DNA of 61,791 nucleotides, filler included, from Globobulimina sp. (lineage: Eukaryota): the NCBI GenBank assembly GCA_003354225.1. It is 21 parts of 21 records of this genome, joined end to end, with 100 filler letters (N's around TTAATTAATTAA, not from the genome) between each part and the next. Parts side by side here need not be neighbours in the genome. Positions count along the whole stretch, not along the records: positions 47,163 to 50,008 come from PIVH01004644.1; positions 50,109 to 52,954 come from PIVH01004645.1; positions 53,055 to 55,900 come from PIVH01004646.1; positions 56,001 to 58,846 come from PIVH01004647.1; positions 58,947 to 61,791 come from PIVH01004648.1; 16 more parts are not named here. One strand, 5' to 3'. A program made the translations under genes and the position numbers. The notes under the pieces are model-generated. The model had not been told where the DNA came from, made no database searches, and saw only the letters and a program-made list of their open reading frames with translations. Positions 47,375 through 59,259 of the stretch are shown piece after piece. Position 1 is the stretch's first letter. Every line of letters begins with the position of its first letter.

Positions 47375-49719
47375 ATGACGAAACAAGAAATCGAATCCAG
47401 AAAGTCCGCTGCCGGCCATAACAACATAACACGTGATCAATTACAAAAGTATTTTTTTGTTATATTTATATTTTTGTTATATTTCTGTTATATTTTTGGA
47501 TTTTTTAATAAAAATATAGTGAGTTACCGACGCCTCATTATACATTTTGTTTATATGGAAAAGAGATGTTGTGGCCTGACGTGCTTCAATTTTTACGTTG
47601 GTGTTATCCTGCCTATATGAACCGCGACTTTGACGAGATCGTTGCGATTGTCAAACGTTGGCCATCCATAAAAGAAAGTAATCGAACCGCATATTATGAA
47701 TTTGATTTCACGGCAGAGACTAACAAAATGTTTGGTATTAGAACCCCAAAAGACACCGAATTATATAAGAAATTCAGGAATAAGACTTTCAACGCACTAC
47801 TTAAAGAGTGGCAATGTGCAAAGAAAATGACGAAGAAAGAATTCGACGCCATGTTTAATTCAATTAATATTGCTTGTTGTGAATTCTGTCCAGTTCCAAT
47901 GGGTTATCTTAAATCGGGCATGGTTCAGGACAAGGCAGGGGTTGGACGCAGCATTAAGAATGGTTTTGCAGTTAGTCATTCGAAGAATGCACATAAAGAT
48001 GTTGCGATATATTTAGCAGAGTATGTTTCTTATATATTTTTATTGTTTTTTTGTATAGTTAATTTCTTGTATATTTATAATATATTTTTGGATGTTTAAT
48101 TTTCGGTATATTTTTAATATATTTTAATACAAATATATATATATAGTAATACGAAACCACCGCCAGTCCAGCAAGCGCACAAATACCCAAGTTCAAGTGG
48201 ACAGCGCGATGGCTTGTTAATAGAAGTGACAGACATACAACAACGTGTGGTTTATGATTGTGCCAATATACTATTTGATCATTCTTCAGGAACTAGTCAT
48301 TTTGTAATTGCGGTTAAAATGTCGCCAATGATTATAGATTTATTAAAAAACTCTGGGGAGGAAGAAATTGAGTTTTTCTCAGAGAATGATGATTCTACCT
48401 CCAAATCAAAAAAAACGAAATCTAAAAAGGAAAAACTGAAAAAAGAAAAGAAATATGATCCGAATTTATCTTTTGGTACGAGTGTGACAACACGGTCACA
48501 ACACAAGAAAATAAACGCCAACAATCAGTTGAGATTTAAATCGCCGAGAAAAGTTTAGTAAAAAATACAGCCGAATATGTTTTTTTTTTAGTAAAAATTT
48601 AGTACAAATTTATTTGAACTATTCGTTCTTTTACATAGCCCCGCAAAAGAAATAAGAAACGGAATCATAATTCAAAGCATCAGCTGCCTCCACTCTTACC
48701 GGCACCAAGCCATCATCAAACCATAACGCATTTAAAAGCTGAGCAAATAAGAGAATGTGTAGAAAGTGACTTCCTTTCACATGAATGGATACTAACTCGG
48801 GACACCCCGCGAAAATTTGTCGAAGTTTGTCCAGATATTTTACAACAAATGTCATGTGTGCTTGATACAGAATGTCAGGGTGGAAAATCACCATTCAAGT
48901 TAGACGAAGCATTTTATCAATGTCTGAGATGTAAGAAATATAGAATGTGTATGAAGTGCGCGATATACAATGAGGTGGAGTCAAATAATATTGATACCTA
49001 TTTAGAAGAGGAAGAGGGGACTGAGAGTAAGAAAGAGGAGGAGGATGAATGGCATTCAAAACCGAATTTGAATTTACTGCCTAACTTAGAGAGTGGCATA
49101 GAGAGTTAATTTTTCTAATTTTTATATTTTTGGTATATTTTTAGTGTATTTTGACTAAATAGATAATACTGAAATGGCAGGCAATGATAAGGATGGCGCA
49201 GAGAGTGATGATGAAGATGATGATGAGGATAATGATGAGGATAATGATGAGGATAATGAGGATAATGATGATGAGGATAATGAAATGGATGTTGACGGCG
49301 AGAATGATGAGGATGATGAGGATAATGATGCGAATATAATGGGAGACAAGGAAGTTATTATTGCCCATGAAATGGACGTTGACAGCGAAGGGACTCTCGC
49401 AACAGACGAACAACCACAAAATGTAGCAATGGATGTTGAAGCAAATAGTGTTAGTACAGTGAATGAGAGGATTCCGGACGTTATTGGCAATACTGAACAG
49501 GTTGAGGAGAAGAAAAAGCACAAAAATGATGAAAAAGAGAATACAAACAAGGAAAAGGAAAAAGAGGAGAAAGAGAAGGAAGAGGAGGAAGAGGAGGAAG
49601 AGGAGGAAGCTGCGGTGACCACGGAGCAGGAGACAACGAATCTGGTGGGAAAATCTAATAATATTCAACAGCCACTGAAGCAGATGGATCTCGATAATAA
49701 TACAGATATTTTACAGTAA
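47375..49719 (+). CDS. Hypothetical multi-exon protein with a Cys cluster and an acidic tail
   Basis: Successive plus-strand ORFs separated by T-rich GT-AG introns. Contains YQCLRCKKYRMCMKC and a D/E/N-repeat region at 49174-49719. Confidence 0.4.
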
Positions 49720-50108
49720 ATTTGTACTTTTTTTTTTAAAAAACTCCTTTTGCATTTATGTTTTTGTGGTATACTTTTACCTAATTTCTTGTTTTTAGTC
49801 TTCTTTTGGTTAGAAATGAAATATTGGTTTGCATTTCCTTTTTTTTTTTTTTTCTTATATATTTTCAGGTTATTTTATACAAATTGTTGCATTTTTTTTG
49901 GATTTTTTTTCTTGTTTTTGGGTGTTTTTGTCACCGATTTGTTGTTTTTCTTCCTCTTTTGGGTAGAAATGAAAGAAGGGTTTAGGCTTGTTTTTTTTTG
50001 TTATTTCCNNNNNNNNNNNNNNNNNNNNNNNNNNNNNNNNNNNNNNNNNNNNTTAATTAATTAANNNNNNNNNNNNNNNNNNNNNNNNNNNNNNNNNNNN
50101 NNNNNNNN

Positions 50109-50227
50109 TGCGAATTGTCTTTGGGTGCCTTCACAGAGATACTGTAGGTTTGCTGTACCTGATATTTTGAAGAGAGATCCATTCCTTCTGTTTGTTTGGC
50201 GATCATCACATTTAAGGCATCCTGGCT
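50109..50227 (+). repeat. 119-bp terminal direct repeat (identical copy at 52836-52954)
   Basis: The first 119 nt of contig 18 are repeated exactly as its last 119 nt. Confidence 0.95.
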
Positions 50228-51440
50228 TAATATCAATTCTTTATTGTCATTGACGTATAATACTTTATTAAACAACAGGTGCGCTACGTCATTATCTTGG
50301 AATATTTGTTTGATATATTTGTTTACTGAGAATGCTAATTGGTACATTGTTGATAATTCATCCCATTTGTCGCATTTTCCGTCGACATTCAAATATTTAA
50401 TATACGCCAAAGCGTATGAACCTCAATACTTTGTCCATTACCGTCTTTGCTGTCTGGTTTTGGACCATGTCATACTTCTTATTTTGTTTGGCTTCACCCA
50501 AAATGACATCAAACCGCTCGAATTTACCCGGATTAGCACAGAAAATGGACGGACAATAATAGCAATTGGATGATTTATTAATGGACATCGCCGCACGTCT
50601 CCAAAAGATAACGACTGAATTACACGCTACTACTAAATTGGTGGCAGGTTTGGTGTCATCGGTCAGGTCCTCTAAAGGCACACCACAGTACACATAACGC
50701 GGCGTATTTTCTGATGTAAATTTGAACGAATGGTTGGTTGGTTGGAATGGATTTTATGATTTGTTGAGGTTTTCGGACTGTTTAATACTGACATGCTTTG
50801 ACAAAAAAATGCTTAAACTACAGAAACTGTCACTGTTTTATTTTGATGTAATACGGCATATTGAAGTGGTATGGCATCGAATGATGATTGATATCCAAAC
50901 AAATAAAATCTATGTTCCATTTCAATGTATCCACTGATACCTAAATATCCATTAATCATTGGTAGCAATGGACTTTCATTGCATTTCTCAATTTTATATG
51001 TTGCAGAATCAAAGGAATAAATAGAAACCGCAACATTGGGCATCACTGAGGCAGAGATAATAAATACAGTGTTGGAATTATCCAGTCACTTGCATTTATT
51101 CCATTGTATTTTTTCATTGTTTCAATTGTATTCCTTCCCAACATTTAATTCCTTCCCAATATTTGAAAAGTTTGCAGGCAAATGAATAATAGTATTATCA
51201 GTATAATAATATCAAAAGAACAAATTATTGCAACAAAATTGTAAGTGACTATGTGAGCATATATTTGTAAGGAAAAGTTCGTCCAGAATATTTTGATCAT
51301 GCTATGTATGATCATTGTAAATTTCGTTTGCAGCCAAAGGAATAATAGTATTACCAGTTACCAGTATACGAATCATGGTTTAAAGAAACAACAAAATTAA
51401 AATGAGAACTTGAATACAAACACATTAATTTGTATTCAAT

Positions 51441-51917
51441 TTATTTTTTTAAAAAAAGTACAACACAAACAATTACAACAACAGTTCCTAATGCAATGGC
51501 AACTCCGATTAATATCTGTTTACTTGATACTGGCGTTTTCCCGTCTGTGTCTGCTGCTCCTTCTCCTTCTTCTTGGTCTGCTGCTGCTCCTTCTCCTTTG
51601 TCTGGTGATACAGGTGCTTGGTCTGCTGCTCTTTCTTCTTGGGATGAATGCGTTGATGCAGGTAGTGGTACTGCTGCTGCTGTTGCGTAGGGATGAGTGC
51701 GTCGGTCTGCTGCTGTTGCTTCTACTGGTGGTGTTCCTGCTGTTGCTTCTACTGGTGGTGTTCCTGCTGTTGCTTCTACTGGTGGTGTTCCTGCTGTTGC
51801 TTCTACTGGTGGTGTTCCAGCTGGTCCACAGCTAAGTGGTCTGCTTTGTGGTGGCAGTGGATTCATACATAATGTAGTTGTAATGAATAATGTTGATGTG
51901 AATAATGTTGCTAACAT
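51441..51917 (-). CDS. Mucin-like surface protein: signal peptide, (TPPVEATAG)x4 repeat, C-terminal TM anchor
   Basis: MLATLFTSTLFITTTLC signal peptide, 27-nt tandem repeat at about 51708-51822, and C-terminal ILIGVAIALGTVVVIVCVVLFLKK. Confidence 0.65.
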   Translation of the reverse strand: MLATLFTSTLFITTTLCMNPLPPQSRPLSCGPAGTPPVEATAGTPPVEATAGTPPVEATAGTPPVEATAADRRTHPYATAAAVPLPASTHSSQEERAADQAPVSPDKGEGAAADQEEGEGAADTDGKTPVSSKQILIGVAIALGTVVVIVCVVLFLKK

Positions 51918-52499
51918 CTTGGAATTTATTTGTTGTGTTGGATTTGTTTGACTGTATTTAAACTGTCTAGAAAGGATCAATAGATGAGAAACAGGGAAAT
52001 GAAAAAACAGGGAAATGTCGGCGTTCAATCAATGCGAATCAGCGAATTTAAAAATTATGAATTAGAGAATGAGCAGCTGCTTTTCAAATGTATCCTTCCA
52101 TTTATTGTAGTTAATATTCGTGGCTTTTCGTTGACTTTTTAGGAACTTAAACTTTTTTAAGGCATCCAGGTTTTGGAATAAATAAAATGAACACAAAGTT
52201 TTTGATTGGTAGAACACTAAAACACACAAAATGAGATAAAATAAGTCAATTGAGGATCTGTCATTTGCTCCCAGCAGAGATTTGCTTTTTACCACGACCT
52301 GGCCAAAAAATAATAAATATCTAAAAATGTAGGTCTTAAAATTGCACGAACTAAAATGAATAAAAATAATGATTTATCTGTTTGGTTGCAATCTGGGATC
52401 TGTTGTGATTTTGTTTGGCTGTGAATTGTATGGTGACGCCGTGGATCTTACAAACTCGTTTTTGGTAACAATTCAGTCTGAATGCAAGCATATTGGATT

Positions 52500-52568
52500 T
52501 AAAATTAAATGGGGGGTGCATACTATCACTTTGCATAAAATTAAATGGGGGGTGCATACTATCACTTT
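52500..52568. repeat. 33-bp direct repeat, 2 copies, 36-nt period
   Basis: TAAAATTAAATGGGGGGTGCATACTATCACTTT occurs twice. Confidence 0.9.
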
Positions 52569-53211
52569 CGTTTATTTACCAAGTTATTAGTATAAAGAGC
52601 GATGGATAAAAACATTGCAAACAAACACAAATTAGCATGGTACGATAGAAAAATAATAAAAAAAGAAGGTGGATTAAACAACAAATAAACGATAGGAAAG
52701 ATTGTATAATAAAAAAGAAAGATAGATATTAGAAAGAAGGTTATTGTAAATGACGATTGGGCTATTCACATAGCCATTGTTATTGCGATTGAAAATCATT
52801 GAGAGTTGTTAGAGTTGCCATTATTATTCTTGTTATGCGAATTGTCTTTGGGTGCCTTCACAGAGATACTGTAGGTTTGCTGTACCTGATATTTTGAAGA
52901 GAGATCCATTCCTTCTGTTTGTTTGGCGATCATCACATTTAAGGCATCCTGGCTNNNNNNNNNNNNNNNNNNNNNNNNNNNNNNNNNNNNNNNNNNNNTT
53001 AATTAATTAANNNNNNNNNNNNNNNNNNNNNNNNNNNNNNNNNNNNNNNNNNNNTTGTTTTAAAGTATGAAAAGGTTGTGAGATTTTTCAGTCTTTTGAT
53101 GCTTGTGTATAAATAGTTTCTTAAGTTTGGCACTTTTGAAAATAATGGCACTTTAAAATTGTCCCGTTTCGAAAACAGTAATAGAATCTTGCACTGATCG
53201 ACTGCTTCATT

Positions 53212-55674
53212 ATGGGGAAGTCAGCAACATTGTCACTGCGTGATATGGACCCTAACAACGAATATATTCGAAACTTTCTTGAGATACAATTGTTGTTAAC
53301 AGATATTAATGATCATATTATCAAAGAATCGCTCAGAGAAATAATAGAAACGGTATTCGATAGCGACTTATGTATATTACAATTAATTATCAAACATATT
53401 GAAAAACATAAATTAAAAGTAATCCGACAAATTATCCGAAAACAAAAATTAGAATTTAAAAACAATAACGCATTCAACGAATCTAAAGAAGATGAAATCG
53501 ATGAAACGGAAGTTGACGAAGAAAAAAAAGATAATAAAAATTCATTTGATAAATTACCAAAAGAAATTATTCATGAAATTTGTGGCTGTTATTTAAATAA
53601 AAAAGATATAGAAAAATTTAAATTAACTTCGCGAAGAATGGCAATAATATGTTTGGAACAAATGAGTCGAATAAATGTTGGCATTTTTAATACAAATTAT
53701 ATGATTAATAATGAATTTAAAATTGATTTTTATAATTTAAATTTAATGGAAATACTCAGCAAATCACGGCATTCTCAGAATAAACAAATTTATTCATTGC
53801 AACAGGAATGGAATAACAAGTATAAAATTCCGGAAAAAAAACAATTACTCTTTAAAATTGCATATACGAAAATGTTTGGAAATTCTGAATATTTGTGTCG
53901 AAATCACATCAAATATCCAATGACAAACCCATCGGAAATCAGGGAAACTAAAGTCGGAAATGCATCATATTTATTATTTGACAGTAGAAATTTAGTGATA
54001 TTGAATGGTACAAAAGCATCAGTTTTTAATCATAAAATTGATTCATTAAAGAATTATAAATTAATGTTGTTGGAATATTTTGATTTAAAAAATCAATTAT
54101 TTAAAACTGTTCAATTTATTTTATGTTCTCCTCAATTAACTGTGGATAATTTGTTTGAATATATTGAATATAAATTTATTAAAATTGATGGTATTGAATA
54201 TAAATGGTATTCCGAATTAAAACATTATTTAAAACAAATGTGCTATGATACAAATCATAACAAATTATGTATTTATAGACATAAGCAGCTCCGAGGAAAT
54301 TATATCATTCGTTATAAGCAGCTTCAATCTGAGATGATGCGAATTAATGACACTGATACACCATTAATATTTGACCGCTATAGCTATAATAATAAGATAT
54401 TATTCACTTTTCAATTAAATAACAATCATCCGTGGTTTTTAAAGACAAATGCTTTTGAAGAAACGAAGAGAATTTGCAGCAACAAAGCGGAAGTGTTTGA
54501 GTGCGAAGCGGATAAAATATACACTCAAATAATATATATAAACATATATTTACAGGTGGCAAACATGCATATTTTAAGAGAATGTGTTGATAATTATTAT
54601 AAAACACAATTAAATGAAGACGAAAGAAGAATATTTCAAACTGATATCCAGTCAGTTATTAATAATATTACAATACCAATACATATGTCATTAGATATTG
54701 GCGCCTTAAAAATGAAAATATCCCAGTTTTTTGGTAATATTATTGCTCCGAAATATTTTGAATTGGGATTGACTATACATCAACGATTGAAATGGAACGA
54801 AAGAATAAATAATCGATTATCTATGTATTGTGATGTTGTTTTATATGATACAAAAACATTGGATGATAATGATAATGATCAATATTTATGTTATAATGTT
54901 CAAATAATAAAACCTTTGGAATATTGTCTCCCATTTCATTTCCCAACAAATATCGGAATAACAGTCAAATTTAGATATAAGAAACAATTTAAATGCAAAC
55001 AATTTATTCGTAGTTTATTTCAAATGATGTCCGAATCAAATGACCATATTTTACATCCTAAAGTGAGGCAATATGTTGATATTTATTATGATGATGATGA
55101 TGATGTGGATATGGATATGATTAATGACAACCAATCAGATAATGTTCAATGTATTTTACAACATAGTAAAGATCCAACAAATATGATTGAAACGGAATAT
55201 ATACATCGTGATGGAGTCATATGTAGCTATATTAACTTTAATTTGTTAATGGTTCATACAAAACAATATAAACCGTTAAATAAATTTAAATTAAAAATTA
55301 AATTTTTGATGCATACAAAGGCAAAAAAGTATAAAAACCAGAAATTAAATTCAAAGACAGATAGTAAAGATGTTGATAATTTGGATTTTATCGGATTTCC
55401 ATTAACTGTCTGGTTGTCTAAATATGAAACAATACAAAATATTATTGATAAATATTTAAATGAATCGGAAACAAAGGTTAATATTATGAGTTGTTACAGA
55501 ATTAATAAAACAGAGAATAAAATCATGGCAATTCCTCAATCCAAATGGAGTGAATATGGACCATATTGTGAATTTATTTGGAATCAAAGTGATGACTTTT
55601 TGGTCTTCAAATTGAAACTTAACAAGAGTAACATTCCAATATTTTATTCAAAACAAATACATGACAAATATTAA
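53212..55674 (+). CDS. F-box-like protein with possible USP7-type UBL-like C-terminal segments
   Basis: FDKLPKEIIHEICGCYLNKKDIEKFKLTSRR is F-box-like. LMLLEYFDLKNQ and FIGFPLTVWL..YET recall USP7 UBL repeats. 820-aa open frame. Confidence 0.5.
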   Translation: MGKSATLSLRDMDPNNEYIRNFLEIQLLLTDINDHIIKESLREIIETVFDSDLCILQLIIKHIEKHKLKVIRQIIRKQKLEFKNNNAFNESKEDEIDETEVDEEKKDNKNSFDKLPKEIIHEICGCYLNKKDIEKFKLTSRRMAIICLEQMSRINVGIFNTNYMINNEFKIDFYNLNLMEILSKSRHSQNKQIYSLQQEWNNKYKIPEKKQLLFKIAYTKMFGNSEYLCRNHIKYPMTNPSEIRETKVGNASYLLFDSRNLVILNGTKASVFNHKIDSLKNYKLMLLEYFDLKNQLFKTVQFILCSPQLTVDNLFEYIEYKFIKIDGIEYKWYSELKHYLKQMCYDTNHNKLCIYRHKQLRGNYIIRYKQLQSEMMRINDTDTPLIFDRYSYNNKILFTFQLNNNHPWFLKTNAFEETKRICSNKAEVFECEADKIYTQIIYINIYLQVANMHILRECVDNYYKTQLNEDERRIFQTDIQSVINNITIPIHMSLDIGALKMKISQFFGNIIAPKYFELGLTIHQRLKWNERINNRLSMYCDVVLYDTKTLDDNDNDQYLCYNVQIIKPLEYCLPFHFPTNIGITVKFRYKKQFKCKQFIRSLFQMMSESNDHILHPKVRQYVDIYYDDDDDVDMDMINDNQSDNVQCILQHSKDPTNMIETEYIHRDGVICSYINFNLLMVHTKQYKPLNKFKLKIKFLMHTKAKKYKNQKLNSKTDSKDVDNLDFIGFPLTVWLSKYETIQNIIDKYLNESETKVNIMSCYRINKTENKIMAIPQSKWSEYGPYCEFIWNQSDDFLVFKLKLNKSNIPIFYSKQIHDKY

Positions 55675-56022
55675 TACTGATTTACAATTTAATATTTTTT
55701 TACTTGCACGAAACAGATTTATTCGCTATCAAACAATTGTTGGTCATAAATCATGTGTTGCCTCCTTCCCACATCCAGCATTTCGATCATTTCGAGTCCA
55801 TCCATTTGAGATCATCCATTCTGAAAAGAAAATGCTTTACTTATTCCCCAGAATATTTGATCGGTTTTCTGCCGATTTACAGTCAATATTCGCCAACAAT
55901 NNNNNNNNNNNNNNNNNNNNNNNNNNNNNNNNNNNNNNNNNNNNTTAATTAATTAANNNNNNNNNNNNNNNNNNNNNNNNNNNNNNNNNNNNNNNNNNNN
56001 TATTCATGCATTAAATATATTT

Positions 56023-56976
56023 ATGCAATCAAAGTCATTTTTGATTAGCAATTTGTTCACGTTAAGCATTCCTGAATTAATCAATACATTGCGTCTATGT
56101 GATGACACTAATAATATCGCATCGGACTCCATCTTAAACCTATCTCATTTGTCATCGCTTGATCAGTCTTTGAACCATCTGGAGTCGGCATTATATTTTG
56201 ACAATTATCCTAACTCTGTTTTGGATGATTTACATTCTTTTTACAATTATGACATCTTCCAAGACGCTGGAAACCATGTCGTTGATCACCCGCCTTTCAA
56301 CAATTTCGACCCAGTGCCAAATCAACATATTCGCCCACGTTTCAATAACCACACTATGAAATTTACTGCCACAACAACTGATGACTCCAAACAAGACCCC
56401 ACTGCGTCCAATCAACACCATGTTAATCAACAACATATTATCTCCAACATTAAACCCAACAATGCACCCAACAATAACCTCTCTTTAATAGCCATTGATG
56501 AGAGATTTAATCCCTTTCATCAACCACAGCTCCTCAACACCAGAATCTTCAATGATTTGTCACTTTTCACACCATCTGTCTCTGATTTTGATAATGGTGC
56601 TTCTGTCGATCCAGACCGTCCGACCACGCTCAGCAATTTGCCGCCAGTTCATGAACTTCATCATATTAATGATGTCAATGATAATGCCTCGAATCTGGAT
56701 CATCCCATCATTTATCAATCTCCTCCATTCAATCAATCCATCCCTGCATCACAAATTAATGATTTCCAACAGTTCCAAAATGACATATTAAATTTCTCCG
56801 CTATCCCCAACGCTGTCCCTGCATTTGCTCCTGATTCTGATTCTGAGAACAATTTTAATTATGATCGTGCTGTCATTGATCCTATTTATGATTATGGCAA
56901 CAACACCCATTTTGATTCCGGCTCCGACCAACATGACAATGATGAGAAACTGAGTGAAATGGACATTGTCGATTGA
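56023..56976 (+). CDS. Low-complexity N/D/P/H-rich hypothetical protein
   Basis: 317-aa ORF with no recognisable domain. Confidence 0.35.
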   Translation: MQSKSFLISNLFTLSIPELINTLRLCDDTNNIASDSILNLSHLSSLDQSLNHLESALYFDNYPNSVLDDLHSFYNYDIFQDAGNHVVDHPPFNNFDPVPNQHIRPRFNNHTMKFTATTTDDSKQDPTASNQHHVNQQHIISNIKPNNAPNNNLSLIAIDERFNPFHQPQLLNTRIFNDLSLFTPSVSDFDNGASVDPDRPTTLSNLPPVHELHHINDVNDNASNLDHPIIYQSPPFNQSIPASQINDFQQFQNDILNFSAIPNAVPAFAPDSDSENNFNYDRAVIDPIYDYGNNTHFDSGSDQHDNDEKLSEMDIVD

Positions 56977-57780
56977 TATGTCTGCCATCCATTATTGCCA
57001 TCCATTATTGCCATCATTCAAAACCACTCTGCTGCTGCTTTCATATACATTTGTTTATATACATATATATATTTATAATTATGCGTTCATGTTTTTATGT
57101 TCATTTGTGTTGATTCTCATTCTCACATTCTCTCATTTTATTATATTATATTATTTGCTTTTGTTTTATATCGCATTTGTTTTATTTTATCTCATGTTTT
57201 TATTTTTGTTTTATATGATTTGTTGTATTATTATTACCATTGGTTTTGGCCCCGTTTGCTTGTACATTTAAGCATTTTTGTTTTTTATATATCTCTATAT
57301 TTCTTTCACCATTTATCCCCTTTCAAATATTCTGATTGGTTCCATTTAATTTTGCCGCATTTTATACTACATTTATTTCTAAATTTCTTTTTACTTTCCG
57401 TATTATATTTGCGTCAATATTTTATATAATTTTTTTCATTTATATTCTCTCCATTGGATTCCAATTATTTTCATTCTTTTAGTTTTTTTATGTTTTGTGC
57501 AAAGGATATACTTTTGAGTGTCTCGTTTTTGTGTTTTCATCAAACAAAAAACTTTTTACACTTTAATTTTAAACTTCTTGACAAAGGCATCATTTTGCCG
57601 AAACGTCGATTTAAACTCTTACATATACTGATTCGTAACTTAGCCATCTCTAGAAACCAACACCACAAACCTAAATATCTATATTCAATGGCTTTAAGCT
57701 GTTATATTTATCCTCAGACATCATTGCTTAAAGTTTTGTATTTTTATCTCCGCAGTATTTATTTTTATCTCCGACGAACA

Positions 57781-58846
57781 ATGTTACTCACAAGAACGAG
57801 TGTCGTTGTCATCTGTGTTCTCTTTGCATTTGTAATCCTATTGTACATAATTTACCTCTTCGAATTCAATATGGATACTTTGTATCACATTCCACAAATT
57901 ATTCTAATATCAAATCCATTAATATTCAATCAAACCAATAATACGATCCTTACACATTCCAGCCACTCTGATGAAAGACTCATAAATGTGCACATAAATC
58001 AAACAGCACACAAACACGACTCAGATAATTTCACCAAACTGTTTACAAATCCGCACCATTTCATCAATGGCAACCCATTGCAATTCAAACAATGTCGCAA
58101 TGCTATACTCGACAAAGAAAACATAAATATAAAAGATTTCATATCCAAACACATTCAACATTTAAGTAAAACAAATCAGCAGCAAATAGAAACACATTTT
58201 AATGATATAATATGGAGCAGAGAACTTCTCCACGCACTCTCTAAAAAGCTGTCATATGGACATTTAGTGCGCATTCGATTGTCGTATGATGCAAACAATA
58301 AAAACTGGCAAGGATCGCGAGCCCGACAAAGAGATGAATCATTGGATGCTTTTACAACTGAATACAGACTCAATCATGACATTGCTAAGCAACTGTTAGT
58401 ATATTATCATGTGTCTAAATGTGGCTCATCATCGATACACAATATGTTAAAAATGCATTATAACACAACCCGAATGTTTTGGCGTGATCTCTTAGATTTG
58501 AATGCATTTCCGGTGCTGCCAGACATTGACTGTGCATTTACTTTCGTTCGGCATCCAATTGATAGGATAATCAGTGGCTTTTATACAATTCTTACAATGT
58601 TGAACCGAGAGTTTGATAAACAGGCAAATGGCAACAAAGCTGAACGCGTTCGAATCATACAAAAATATGGTATTTCACATGCATGGTTTGTTTCTAATGG
58701 ATCTGCAAAGATAAGATTTAAACTGTTTGTCAAGGAAGTTATTGAGAGAGGATATGAATATGTGACCAGTGATCATTTAATGTTACAAGTTGTGTCACAG
58801 ATTGGTTCTTCGATTGGCGCTTTTCATTTGTGGCCAATTCATTTTA
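57781..58846 (+). CDS. Golgi type-II sulfotransferase (Sulfotransfer_2-like), 3'-partial
   Basis: N-terminal TM anchor, 5'-PSB motif YYHVSKCGSSSI and 3'-PB motif FTFVRHPIDRIISGF. Confidence 0.75.
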
Positions 58847-59259
58847 NNNNNNNNNNNNNNNNNNNNNNNNNNNNNNNNNNNNNNNNNNNNTTAATTAATT
58901 AANNNNNNNNNNNNNNNNNNNNNNNNNNNNNNNNNNNNNNNNNNNNTGGTCAAAAAGTTAAATTACCACAAAGTAAAGTTTTAAATGCTGAAAATGAATA
59001 ATGTTTTTTTGAAATGTTTGTTGTTCATTTTTTTGGGTCTCTTAAAAACACAACAAAAATGGTCAGGATAATAAATAAAATATAATAAAAGCGATGCTCC
59101 TTTAAATGGCTAATTCAATTTACATTGAAATTACTTTGTTCGATGAAAAAAATATGAAAACTGAATCAAAAACTGAACAATTGATAAAAGCGAACTTTCT
59201 TGTAAAAATCTGATAAAACAAAACAAAACAAAACAAAAAATGTGCACAACATAAAAAGT

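Noticed and set aside
49141-49668. Hydrophobic and Ser-rich antisense ORFs (also 51410-51835 and 43280-43801)
   Set aside because: They are shadow frames of low-complexity coding sequence on the opposite strand.
47163-50008. A-rich start and T-rich end of contig 17 as terminal inverted repeats
   Set aside because: Only compositional complementarity, with no alignable repeat.
50109-52954. CRESS-DNA virus or plasmid
   Set aside because: No HUH Rep, SF3 helicase, capsid-like ORF or nonanucleotide stem-loop was recognisable. It is kept only as a circle-or-tandem candidate.
2851-58946. Regularly spaced TTAATTAATTAA repeats resembling a CRISPR-like or periodic array
   Set aside because: They are artificial six-frame-stop linkers inside N runs. 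ORFs ending in X...LIN are artefacts.
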